Source: Methylococcaceae bacterium
GTDB taxonomy: Bacteria > Pseudomonadota > Gammaproteobacteria > Methylococcales > Methylomonadaceae
Length of the DNA stretch: 49,833 bases
Direction: 5' to 3'
Assembly (NCBI GenBank): GCA_050305675.1
Contig: JBNLFT010000001.1
Coordinates: 1-49,833 of the forward strand
Shown: in pieces, positions 35,055-44,229 of the stretch
How the letters are laid out: each line of letters begins with the position of its first letter
How positions within the stretch are numbered: the first letter of the stretch is position 1
The notes under the pieces: generated by a model
The model's input: the letters and a program-made list of their open reading frames with translations, nothing else
The model's database searches: none
What the model was told of the DNA's origin: nothing
Translations under genes and position numbers: made by a program

Positions 35055-36068
35055 ATGGCAATCAAAGTTGCAATCAACGGCTATGGCCGTATCGGACGTA
35101 ACGTGCTTCGAGCATTGTATGAATCGGGACGCACCGACGAGATTCAAATCGTCGCAATCAACGATTTGGGCGACGCCGAAACCAACGCTCACTTGACTCA
35201 ATACGATACCGCACATGGCAAATTCCCCGGTGAAATCAGCGTCGAGGGCGACTACCTGGTCGTTAACGGCGACAAAATCAGAGTGTTGGCGGAAAGAGAT
35301 CCGTCCAAACTGCCTTGGGGTGAGTTGGGCATCGACGTGGTCCACGAATGTACCGGTTTTTTCACCAGCAAAGCGAAGGCTTCGGCGCATCTTCAAGCAG
35401 GTGCGAAAAAAGTGATCATTTCGGCTCCGGGCGGCAACGATGTCGATGCGACGATCGTTTACGGCGTCAACCACGAAACGCTGAAAGCCTCCGACAGCGT
35501 TATCTCCAACGCCTCCTGCACCACCAACTGCCTGGCCCCGCTGGTCAAACCGTTGATCGATACCATCGGAATAGAGCAAGGCCTGATGACCACGATTCAC
35601 TCTTATACCAACGACCAGGTATTGACCGACGTGTATCACTCCGACCTGCGCCGCGCCCGTTCCGCGACGCAATCGATGATCCCGACCAAAACTGGTGCTG
35701 CGGCTGCGGTCGGCCTGGTGTTGCCGGAAATGGCGGGCAAACTGGACGGCTTCGCGATCCGCGTTCCGACCATCAACGTTTCCGTGGTCGACTTGACCTT
35801 CACAGCCAGCCGCGCCACCAGCAAGGAAGAAATCGACAACATTCTGACCGCTGCTTCCGAAGGCCCGTTGAAAGGCATTCTGAATATCAATGCGAAACCC
35901 CTGGTCTCCATCGATTTCAACCACAACCCCGCGTCCTCGACTTACGACAAGACCTTGACCAAGGTCATCAACGGCAATTTCGTCAAGGTGCTGTCCTGGT
36001 ACGACAACGAGTGGGGCTTCTCCAACCGTATGCTGGATACGACGGTTGCATTAGTTAACGCAAAATAA
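35055..36068 (+). CDS. gap: Type I glyceraldehyde-3-phosphate dehydrogenase
   Basis: [27 protein letters not shown]. Confidence 0.98.
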   Translation: MAIKVAINGYGRIGRNVLRALYESGRTDEIQIVAINDLGDAETNAHLTQYDTAHGKFPGEISVEGDYLVVNGDKIRVLAERDPSKLPWGELGIDVVHECTGFFTSKAKASAHLQAGAKKVIISAPGGNDVDATIVYGVNHETLKASDSVISNASCTTNCLAPLVKPLIDTIGIEQGLMTTIHSYTNDQVLTDVYHSDLRRARSATQSMIPTKTGAAAAVGLVLPEMAGKLDGFAIRVPTINVSVVDLTFTASRATSKEEIDNILTAASEGPLKGILNINAKPLVSIDFNHNPASSTYDKTLTKVINGNFVKVLSWYDNEWGFSNRMLDTTVALVNAK

Positions 36069-36085
36069 GATCCTTAAAATAACCT

Positions 36086-37525
36086 ATGCTACGAAGAACA
36101 AAAATCCTGGCCACATTAGGCCCGGCAACCGATAAACCCGGCGTTCTGGAGGGTTTGTTCAAAGCCGGTCTGGACGTGGTACGCTTGAACTTTTCCCATG
36201 GTTCCGCCCAGGATCACATCGACCGAGCCAACCGGGTCCGCGAATTGAGCAAGAAAACCGGCCGCCGCGTCGGTATTCTGTGCGACCTGCAAGGCCCTAA
36301 GATTCGCATTGCGCGTTTCAAGGACACCAAAGTCTGGCTGGAGGAAGGCCAGGCTTTCGCGCTGGATATCAATCTGGGCGAGAACGACGGCGACAACACG
36401 CAAATCGGCATCACCTACGAACCATTAGCGGCCGAAGTCCATCCCGGCAGCCGCTTGCTGCTGGACGACGGACGAGTGGTGTTGGATGTAGTCAAAACCG
36501 ACGGTAAACGGGTCGATTGTACCGTCGTGGTCGGCGGCGACCTGTCGAACAATAAAGGCATCAACCTACTCGGTGGCGGCCTATCCGCCGCTGCGCTGAC
36601 CGAAAAAGACAAAGAGGACATCAAGACCATCGGCAAAATTCAGGCCGATTACGTCGCCATTTCCTTCCCCCGTTGTGCCGATGACCTCAACGAAGCCCGC
36701 CGCTTGGTGGAAGCCGAAGGCTGCCACGCCAGCATCGTCGCCAAGGTGGAACGCGCCGAAGCGATGGAAGTGATCGACGAAATCATACTCGCTTCCGATG
36801 CGATCATGGTCGCCCGCGGCGACCTTGGCGTCGAAATCGGCGACGCCCGCCTGCCGGAAGCGCAGAAATATCTGATCAAACGTTCCCGGGAGCTGAAAAG
36901 AGCGGTCATCACCGCGACGCAAATGATGGAATCGATGATCGAGAACCCGATTCCAACCCGCGCCGAGGTATTCGACGTCGCCAACGCCATCGTCGACGGC
37001 ACCGACGCCATCATGTTGTCGGCCGAAACCGCATCCGGCAGATACCCGGTCAAAGTGGTGGAAGCGATGGTCCGCATTTGTAAAGAAACCGAAAAACAAC
37101 CCAGCGTCCGCATCTCCACGCACCGCGTTTCCGAGGAGTTCGAGCGGGTTGACGAAGCGATCGCCATGTCCACCATGTACTTGGCCAACCACACGCGCAT
37201 TGCAGGTATCGCGGCATTGACCGAATCGGGCTCGACCCCGCTGTGGATGTCGCGCATCCGCTCCGGCCTCCCGATTTTCGCCTTCAGCAGTAACGAAGAG
37301 ACGCTCGGCAAGGTCACGCTGTACCGCGGCGTGTTCCCGATTCCTTTCGAATTCGAATCGGCCGACCATGTCGAAGTCAACCGCGACATCATTAACAAGC
37401 TGAAAGAACGCGGCCAGGCCAAACAAGGCGATCAATTCATCATCACCAAGGGCGACCTGACCGGCCAATCCGGCGGCACCAACGCCTTGAAAGTGGTCAC
37501 GGTAGGCGAAGGGTTGACACCTTAA
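36086..37525 (+). CDS. pyk: Pyruvate kinase
   Basis: RRTKILATLGP, RLNFSHG, DLQGPKIR, AKVERAEA, MVARGDLG, TATQMMESM..PTRAE. Confidence 0.98.
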   Translation: MLRRTKILATLGPATDKPGVLEGLFKAGLDVVRLNFSHGSAQDHIDRANRVRELSKKTGRRVGILCDLQGPKIRIARFKDTKVWLEEGQAFALDINLGENDGDNTQIGITYEPLAAEVHPGSRLLLDDGRVVLDVVKTDGKRVDCTVVVGGDLSNNKGINLLGGGLSAAALTEKDKEDIKTIGKIQADYVAISFPRCADDLNEARRLVEAEGCHASIVAKVERAEAMEVIDEIILASDAIMVARGDLGVEIGDARLPEAQKYLIKRSRELKRAVITATQMMESMIENPIPTRAEVFDVANAIVDGTDAIMLSAETASGRYPVKVVEAMVRICKETEKQPSVRISTHRVSEEFERVDEAIAMSTMYLANHTRIAGIAALTESGSTPLWMSRIRSGLPIFAFSSNEETLGKVTLYRGVFPIPFEFESADHVEVNRDIINKLKERGQAKQGDQFIITKGDLTGQSGGTNALKVVTVGEGLTP

Positions 37526-37555
37526 TTTCGATCTCCCGCCGCTTTATCCCGCTCT

Positions 37556-37602
37556 AAAGAAACCCCGTATTCGGCTCGTCCAATACGGGGTTTCTTTTTT
37601 TT
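37556..37602 (+). terminator. Intrinsic terminator after gap-pyk
   Basis: AAAGAAACCCCGTATT-loop-AATACGGGGTTTCTTTTTTTT. Confidence 0.9.
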
Positions 37603-37703
37603 AGCCGCCGTTTCCCCCTTCCCTAACCAGTCCGCTCCAAGTTTCACCTTGGATTTGGTTATAATAGCAGGCCACTCGTTTGCAACTACTAATGGAGATG
37701 ATC

Positions 37704-39698
37704 ATGCCGACGCGCCGTGAGCTAGCCAATGCGATTCGCGCCCTGACAATGGACGCCGTGCAAAAAGCCAATTCAGGGCACCCCGGAGCACCGATGGGCA
37801 TGGCTGACATCGCGGAGGTTTTATGGAACGATTTTCTAAGACATAACCCAAACAATCCCGCCTGGCCGAACCGGGACCGCTTCGTGCTTTCCAATGGCCA
37901 CGGTTCGATGTTGCTTTATTCGCTGTTGCACTTGAGCGGTTACGATCTCAGCATCGCCGATTTGAAAAACTTCAGGCAGCTGCATTCGAAAACCCCGGGC
38001 CACCCGGAGTTCGGCTATACGCCAGGCGTCGAGACGACCACCGGACCGCTGGGACAAGGAATCAGCAACGCAGTCGGCATGGCTCTGGCGGAAAGAACCC
38101 TGGCCGCCCAATTCAACCGCCTCGATCATACCATCATCGACCATTACACCTACGCCTTTCTCGGCGACGGTTGCCTGATGGAGGGCATTTCCCACGAAGC
38201 CTGCTCGTTGGCCGGGACAATGGGCCTGGGCAAACTGATCGCGTTTTACGACGCCAACGGCATCTCGATCGACGGCGAAGTCAGGGGCTGGTTCACCGAC
38301 AATACCGTGAAGCGATTCGATGCCTATAACTGGCACGTCATCGCCCGAGTCGACGGCCACAATCCGGAAGCCGTCCGAAACGCGATCGCCGAAGCGAGAT
38401 CGGTTCGGGACAAGCCGTCCTTAATTGTTTGCCGCACCACCATCGGTTACGGCTCACCCAATAAGCAAGGGCAGGAATCCTGTCACGGCGCGCCGCTGGG
38501 CGAAGAGGAAATCGCCCTGGCGAAAAAACTACTGAACTGGCCGCATGCGGCGTTCGAAATCCCGGACGACATCCGCCGGAGCTGGGACGCCACGGCAAAA
38601 GGCAACCGCTACGAACAGGAATGGCAGCAACGTTACGCCACCTACCGTAATGCCTACCCGGAACTCGCCGACGAATTCGAGCGCCGGCTGCAAGGGGATC
38701 TCCCAGCGGCATGGCGGAAAAAAACGGACCGGTACATCCAAACCGTAAACGACGCCGCGGAAGACGTCGCCAGCCGCAAGGCCTCGCAAAACTGCCTAAA
38801 CGCCTTCGGTCCGCTGTTGCCCGAACTGATCGGCGGCTCGGCCGATCTGGCCGGCTCCAATCTCACGCTGTGGGACGGCTGTAAGGACGTCAACCTGGCC
38901 GACCACGCCGGCAACTACATCTACTACGGCGTTCGCGAATTCGGTATGGCCGCGATCATGAACGGTATCGCCGCGCACGGCGGATTTATTCCCTACGGGG
39001 CGACCTTTTTGATGTTTTCCGAATACGCCCGCAACGCCATCCGCATGTCGGCGTTGATGAGGCTGCGGGTGATCCACGTCTTCACCCACGATTCGATCGG
39101 TCTCGGCGAAGACGGACCGACCCACCAACCGATCGAACAAACGGCCACGCTGCGCATGATTCCCAACATGACGGTATGGCGCCCCTGCGACGCGGTGGAA
39201 TCCGCCGTGGCCTGGCAGGCGGCGATAGAGCGCAAGGCGGGACCCACCACGCTTATTTTCTCCCGGCAAACACTGCCGCACCAAAAAAGGACCAGGCAAC
39301 AGTTGGCCGACATCGAACGCGGCGGCTATATTCTGAAAGAGCCAACCAAGTCGCCGAAAGCCATTATTATCGCCACCGGCTCCGAGGTTGCGATCGCGAT
39401 GGAAGCGGCCGCCATGCTCGGCCGTCGCAGAGTTCCGGTGCGCGTGGTCTCGATGCCCAGCACGACGGTGTTCGACGAACAGGACCAAGCGTACCGCGAA
39501 CGCATTCTGCCGCCAAAAATAACCGCACGAGTCGCCGTCGAAGCCGGCAACAGCAAGTTCTGGGGACACTACGTCGGCTTGCAGGGGAAAGTCGTCGGCA
39601 TCGACCGCTTCGGCGAATCGGCGCCGGCGCAGCAATTATTCGAGGAGTTCGGCATGACCGCTGAAAACGTCGTAAACGCGGTAAAATCGATCGTTTAA
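37704..39698 (+). CDS. tkt: Transketolase
   Basis: [58 protein letters not shown]; SD GGAG before ATG 37704. Confidence 0.98.
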   Translation: MPTRRELANAIRALTMDAVQKANSGHPGAPMGMADIAEVLWNDFLRHNPNNPAWPNRDRFVLSNGHGSMLLYSLLHLSGYDLSIADLKNFRQLHSKTPGHPEFGYTPGVETTTGPLGQGISNAVGMALAERTLAAQFNRLDHTIIDHYTYAFLGDGCLMEGISHEACSLAGTMGLGKLIAFYDANGISIDGEVRGWFTDNTVKRFDAYNWHVIARVDGHNPEAVRNAIAEARSVRDKPSLIVCRTTIGYGSPNKQGQESCHGAPLGEEEIALAKKLLNWPHAAFEIPDDIRRSWDATAKGNRYEQEWQQRYATYRNAYPELADEFERRLQGDLPAAWRKKTDRYIQTVNDAAEDVASRKASQNCLNAFGPLLPELIGGSADLAGSNLTLWDGCKDVNLADHAGNYIYYGVREFGMAAIMNGIAAHGGFIPYGATFLMFSEYARNAIRMSALMRLRVIHVFTHDSIGLGEDGPTHQPIEQTATLRMIPNMTVWRPCDAVESAVAWQAAIERKAGPTTLIFSRQTLPHQKRTRQQLADIERGGYILKEPTKSPKAIIIATGSEVAIAMEAAAMLGRRRVPVRVVSMPSTTVFDEQDQAYRERILPPKITARVAVEAGNSKFWGHYVGLQGKVVGIDRFGESAPAQQLFEEFGMTAENVVNAVKSIV

Positions 39699-39898
39699 TC
39701 GCCCCCCGTCTGTTTCTCCCTATAAATAAGGCGAGACACCCGTTCGTCGCCGACCTTTGTTCGCGCGGGTATTGCTACCTGCTACCCGACTCCCGCCTAA
39801 TCGCGTCCGCGCTCGAACGCCGGCGACGGATAGCGAGGAACCGATTTTTCCTCGACAAATCGCGTCCGATCGCGCCATCCCTTTCCCTCTTCCTCCAC

Positions 39899-39915
39899 TT
39901 GGCGTGACAATTGCT
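39899..39915 (+). promoter_or_regulatory. Sigma54 (-24/-12) promoter upstream of the flavodoxin
   Basis: TTGGCGTGACAATTGCT: GG-N10-GC, close to the consensus TGGCAC-N5-TTGC. Confidence 0.65.
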
Positions 39916-40166
39916 GTGTAAACCGACAAAGAATCCGCTAAACAACTCGGATTTGTCGCCGGCCCCCTGTCCGCGCCCGGCCCCGAACAGCACTGGCCCC
40001 GAAACGCTCAGTAAACCAATGATTTTATTATCATTAAACATTGAGATTCCGGTTCATCAGGCGTCCGATACGGGTCGTAATCGGAAGCAGACACCACATG
40101 GTGATCGACGGCAAGAGATTCTACGAGTTCGGTTTTAGACATTCGGACAATAACTTTCCCTAACCC

Positions 40167-40182
40167 TGTCGCATTACCGACA
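40167..40182. promoter_or_regulatory. NifA-type binding motif TGT-N10-ACA
   Basis: TGTCG-CATTAC-CGACA palindrome 39 bp before the flavodoxin ATG. Confidence 0.5.
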
Positions 40183-40220
40183 AACGCGATGGCTACTTCA
40201 CTGAATAACGGAGTTTTAAC

Positions 40221-40760
40221 ATGGCAAAAATAGGTTTATATTTCGACACCGATACCGGCAACACCCGGAAAGTGGCTAAGATGATCCGCAAAATGTTTGC
40301 GGAAGACGACGTGGAGCTGAAAAACGTCAGCAAGGTCGAGGCGGCAGACTTCGAGAAGTTCTCCGCCTATATCGTCGGCACTCCGACGTTAGGCGAAGGC
40401 GAGCTGCCGGAAACCTTTGCCGAATTCTTGCCGTCTTTGGACGGCATGGATCTGAGCGGCAAGACTTTTGCCTTATTCGGCCTGGGCGATCAAGAAGGCT
40501 ATGCACACGAATTCGTCGACGGCCTCGGATTGCTGTTTGAAAAACTGGAGAGCCTCGGCGGAACGTTTATCGGGGAATGGCCGACCGACGGCTACGACTT
40601 CAAATATTCCCGGGCGGTAATCAACGACGGCGAATTCGTCGGCTTGGTCATCGATCAAGACAATCAGTCCGACCTTACCGAAGAACGCGTCGAGGCCTGG
40701 GTGTCCGCAATTAAGGAGCCGTTGTTGAAGGCGGCCGAAAGTGCGGAGGTCGCGGCATGA
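40221..40760 (+). CDS. Long-chain flavodoxin, NifF-like
   Basis: AKIGLYFDTDTGNTRKVAK, GTPTLGEGELP, FGLGDQEGY, GLVIDQDNQSDLTEERV closely parallel Azotobacter NifF motifs; SD GGAG. Confidence 0.9.
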   Translation: MAKIGLYFDTDTGNTRKVAKMIRKMFAEDDVELKNVSKVEAADFEKFSAYIVGTPTLGEGELPETFAEFLPSLDGMDLSGKTFALFGLGDQEGYAHEFVDGLGLLFEKLESLGGTFIGEWPTDGYDFKYSRAVINDGEFVGLVIDQDNQSDLTEERVEAWVSAIKEPLLKAAESAEVAA

Positions 40761-41314
40761 AGTTAAGCGAAATCGAATTCGACGACGACGCGTTCAAGGC
40801 CTGCGTTCTAGCCAGCGGCGTCGAAGACAGCAACGAATTGGAGCGCTTGGTATGCCGCGATCAAGGCATCGAGAGCACCGGGGGCCTGGAACATCTGACG
40901 GCATTGAAGTTTTTGGATCTGACGCGCAACCAAATCAGCCGCATCGACGTTTCCAAAAATATTTGCTTGGAGGAATTGTTTCTGGGCAATAACGAACTGG
41001 ATGCGTTGGATATTAGCCAAAACAAGGAACTGACCCATCTTGAAGTCTTCATTAACGAGTTGACCGAACTCGACTTGTCGCATAACCCGAAACTCGAAGA
41101 AGTCTACGCCAACAAAAACGAACTCGCCAGCATAGACCTGACTCAAAACCCGGCGCTCGTCGATTTGCGGGTGGCGAGCAACGAATTGAGGGCGATCAAG
41201 CTGGCCGAAAGCGCGCAGCTGGACAAACTGGTCGTCGATCACAACCCGCTGCCCGAGGCCGTGAAGAGCGAGCTGAGCAACCGGTTCGCCGCTGCTGCCG
41301 ACGTCGCCCTGTAA
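40757..41314 (+). CDS. Leucine-rich repeat protein (21-residue IRREKO-type repeats)
   Basis: LKFLDLTRNQISRIDVSKNIC / LEELFLGNNELDALDISQNKE / LTHLEVFINELTELDLSHNPK / LEEVYANKNELASIDLTQNPA / LVDLRVASNELRAIKLAESAQ; ATGA overlap with the flavodoxin, SD GGAGG. Confidence 0.88.
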   Translation: MKLSEIEFDDDAFKACVLASGVEDSNELERLVCRDQGIESTGGLEHLTALKFLDLTRNQISRIDVSKNICLEELFLGNNELDALDISQNKELTHLEVFINELTELDLSHNPKLEEVYANKNELASIDLTQNPALVDLRVASNELRAIKLAESAQLDKLVVDHNPLPEAVKSELSNRFAAAADVAL

Positions 41315-41321
41315 CTGCTCA

Positions 41322-41400
41322 TCGTCAAGCCCGGCTGCGGTCGTGCGGGCTTGACGAGCCTTTCGGAGATGCCGGATCGATATCCGCTCCGGCATCTCCG
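41322..41400. repeat. Two tandem perfect hairpins 3' of the LRR gene
   Basis: TCGTCAAGCCCG/CGGGCTTGACGA (12 bp) and CGGAGATGCCGGA/TCCGGCATCTCCG (13 bp). Confidence 0.75.
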
Positions 41401-41706
41401 GCTCCCCACTACTCCTCCGGAATTTGCCGCATTCCAGCGTCTCTGAGCTGCGTTCTCAGCCGCGCCGTTTCGCCGAAGTCGGCGTTTATCTATCGATACG
41501 ACTTTCCGTCGTAAATTCAACCTCACCCGGAATTAAGTCGTCCGCAACCGGCCGGCAAAGGCGATGACAAGAGGGACTGGCAATTAGCGAAGGTCCTATC
41601 CGAAATCAAACAAAATAAATGGGCTTTCACGGGCAACAAAACAAAAGACAAATCGCCGATCCCGTACTAAAATCGCCACTCCTAAGACTCTCGCTCGAGG
41701 TTGATT

Positions 41707-42258
41707 ATGTCAGACGAAATTTGGTTCAGAACCGGTGAAGCCACCGTATTCGCCAGCGAAGGCCAAGGTACCGACGCCATGCCCGAAATTCTGATCGGCA
41801 GCGTCAAGGGCCCCGCCGGGCACGCTTTTGCCAACTTGATGGGACAGACCGAAGGCCATACCCGGATGTTCGCCATCCGCGCCTGCAACCAACAGGTCAG
41901 ACCGGCGACGCTTATCGTGCCGAAAGTCACGATCAAATCGACCGCCTATGTCAACTTGCTCGGCGGACCGGTGCAATCGGCCGTGGCGGATGCCGTGCTC
42001 GACAGCGTGATCGACGGCGTGATTCCGGCCGAGCAGGCCAACGACCTGTGCATCATAGCGATGCTCTGGATTGCTCCCGAATGCGCGGACAACCCCGACC
42101 TCGACCGCAAGGATCTGTATCGCACCAACTACGAAGCGATGAAACTGGCCATTCAAAGGGCCTTAAGCAACTCGCCGAGCATCGAGGAACTGACCGCCAA
42201 CCGGCATAAGATCTTTCACGAAATGTACGACCCCGAAACCGGCGAGTCGCAGTGGTAG
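41707..42258 (+). CDS. Formaldehyde-activating enzyme (Fae) family paralogue
   Basis: GEA.., ILIGSVKGPAGHAFAN, GHT, VRPATLIVPKVTIK, GPVQSAVADAVLDSVIDGVIP, NYEAMKLAIQRA; SD GAGG before ATG 41707. Confidence 0.88.
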   Translation: MSDEIWFRTGEATVFASEGQGTDAMPEILIGSVKGPAGHAFANLMGQTEGHTRMFAIRACNQQVRPATLIVPKVTIKSTAYVNLLGGPVQSAVADAVLDSVIDGVIPAEQANDLCIIAMLWIAPECADNPDLDRKDLYRTNYEAMKLAIQRALSNSPSIEELTANRHKIFHEMYDPETGESQW

Positions 42259-42455
42259 TCCCCCGATCCCGGCCTGCCACGCCACGGTTGCGTAACCGTC
42301 GCCATGGCAGTGTCGGACCTTCGGGGCAAGTCGAGTCCTCCCCGCCGATTGCTCGGGCATGCTCCGACGCCAACTGAGTACGCTACTCGCCCGTTGCAGA
42401 TCATAGGCCGCCCAAACGGAGCTTGCCCGAAAACCGACCGCAGGAGCCCAGCCAG

Positions 42456-42839
42456 ATGAGTAAAAGCACCTCCCGATACTGGAACCCGTTGCGTCTCGAA
42501 AACAGCGAAAACTGGACCGAGATCGACGGCAGCGGCGGCTACCTGCAGCAAATCACGCTGGCGATCGACGATAAAAGCGGCGACTACACGCGCTTGACCC
42601 GCTTTAAACCCGGCGCCGACACCGCCGCTTTCGGAGTGCAATGCCACAATTATCCGGAAGAAATATTTATCGTCAAAGGCAGGCTATACGACGTGGCGTT
42701 CGCCACCTGGCTGGAGCAAGGCGATTACGCTAGCAGACCGCCCGGGGAACCGCACGGCCCGTTTCGAACCGACGTCGAGTGTATCGTGCTGGAAATTTCG
42801 TACCCTAGCCAACGCCAACAGGTAGGCGGCGACGCTTAA
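42456..42839 (+). CDS. Cupin-fold protein (ChrR/Cupin_7-like)
   Basis: YTRLTRFKPG, HNYPEEIFIVKG, GDYASRPPGEPHGPF; SD AGGAG before ATG 42456. Confidence 0.82.
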   Translation: MSKSTSRYWNPLRLENSENWTEIDGSGGYLQQITLAIDDKSGDYTRLTRFKPGADTAAFGVQCHNYPEEIFIVKGRLYDVAFATWLEQGDYASRPPGEPHGPFRTDVECIVLEISYPSQRQQVGGDA

Positions 42840-42882
42840 TCCAACCCGGACTTTTTAACCCCTTTTACCCTAGTCAACATCC

Positions 42883-43353
42883 ATGATCCATCATCTGTCT
42901 ATTGCCGCGGCCAACCCGCGCCGGGTCTGCGAGGTACTGGCCGAAATCCTGCCGGGCAAAGCCTTCCCGTTTCCGCCGGTCGACGGCGGCTTCGTGACGA
43001 TCTGTGAAGACGATTTCAACACCTTGGTGGAAGTCTATCCACTGGGAACCGAAATGGTTCCCGGTCGAGGCCGCGAGCAAGTGCAATTCGAGCGCGCCGC
43101 CCAACCGGCGGCTTATACGGCCACCCACGCCGCATTGTCCGTCGCAGTCGATGAACAGCAGATCCATAACATCGCCGCCCGCGAAGGGTGGAGAGCGGTC
43201 ACCTGCGACCGCGGCGGCCTTTTTCAGGTCGTCGAATTCTGGGTCGAAAACCGCGTATTGATCGAACTACTAACGCCTGCGATGGCCCAAGATTATCTGG
43301 AACAGATGACCGCAAGAAAATGGGCGCTATATATCGGGCAGGGGCGGGACTGA
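42883..43353 (+). CDS. VOC/glyoxalase-fold hypothetical protein
   Basis: MIHHLSI..VEVYP..THAALSV..VVEFWVEN..IELL: His/Glu pattern of paired beta-alpha-beta-beta-beta units. Confidence 0.65.
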   Translation: MIHHLSIAAANPRRVCEVLAEILPGKAFPFPPVDGGFVTICEDDFNTLVEVYPLGTEMVPGRGREQVQFERAAQPAAYTATHAALSVAVDEQQIHNIAAREGWRAVTCDRGGLFQVVEFWVENRVLIELLTPAMAQDYLEQMTARKWALYIGQGRD

Positions 43354-43362
43354 CGCGCTTGT

Positions 43363-44013
43363 TCACGGGCATCGTCCCGTGCGTGCCGCGTCCAGAACGT
43401 CCTCGTATGTGTCCGTTTTATCGAGATTCATCCTGGATTGTATGTATTGCCGATGTTCGCCCACCAACACCTGCTTGGATTTATCCCGGTATATTTTTAC
43501 CGAAACCATATAGTTCCAGCATTTGGGCGATTTAAGCGCCGGAGATTCGATCAAAAACTCGTCTTGCCGGAATTGCCTTTCGATTTCTACGATTAACGGC
43601 GCATTGGCGTTTTCCGGATTTTCGAAGTTAACGACTAAATAAGCGCGATGCGGCAGCAAGGGGGTTGCCCCGAGAGTCACGCTAAACATGGCCAGTTTGT
43701 TTTCGATATCGGTTATTGCCAGTCCCGAAGCTTTCGTGTAGAGATATTTGGATACCGAATTGTCGGGTAACGGGCCGAGTTTAGACAACGGCAGCGAGCG
43801 CACCTTCGATGGTAACGCCAAGACTGATGTGCGCTCTTGTTGTTTGGCGTCGCTCCCGGATCGAATCGATAATTCCCGATGGCCTGCCGGGCCGCCGGGA
43901 GGCCGATCCGAATAATGCGTATTCCCGGCATCGTCGGTCCATTTGTAGACGGCGGCCAAAGCGACAGCCGTCGATAGCGGGATCAGCAAAAACACGAAAA
44001 CCTTCTTATTCAT
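43363..44013 (-). CDS. Exported DUF4124-like protein
   Basis: Signal peptide MNKKVFVFLLIPLSTAVALA, VYKWTDDAGNTHYSDRPP. Confidence 0.75.
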   Translation of the reverse strand: MNKKVFVFLLIPLSTAVALAAVYKWTDDAGNTHYSDRPPGGPAGHRELSIRSGSDAKQQERTSVLALPSKVRSLPLSKLGPLPDNSVSKYLYTKASGLAITDIENKLAMFSVTLGATPLLPHRAYLVVNFENPENANAPLIVEIERQFRQDEFLIESPALKSPKCWNYMVSVKIYRDKSKQVLVGEHRQYIQSRMNLDKTDTYEDVLDAARTGRCP

Positions 44014-44139
44014 AACACAACCCCCAACTTGATGAGGAACGGACCAACAGTCCCGGCGGGCATGCCGGTACAATCCGTTTTTCCTGGCGCGCAAGGACAC
44101 GCGACCGACATCAACCGTTGTACGCGATCGACGGTGCAG

Positions 44140-44168
44140 GGTTAAGGAAAATCGGGTTTTCCTTAACC
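44140..44168. repeat. Perfect 12-bp inverted repeat downstream of uvrD (terminator-like or operator)
   Basis: GGTTAAGGAAAA-TCGGG-TTTTCCTTAACC. Confidence 0.6.
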
Positions 44169-44229
44169 GCGCGCCGGCAAATACCGGACGGACTTCTCGA
44201 TCGCTTGCGCAACCGTCACATCGTAAAAA

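Noticed and set aside
34980-37468. Long antisense ORFs (314, 295 and 257 aa) over gap and pyk
   Set aside because: Typical stop-poor antisense frames of highly expressed genes
39911-40138. 75-aa ORF in the flavodoxin leader
   Set aside because: Its TTG lies within the -12 element, there is no SD, and the sequence is not protein-like
42259-42455. Imperfect hairpins between the fae-like and cupin genes as a possible ncRNA
   Set aside because: Short GC-rich stems are expected by chance; no recognisable RNA motif
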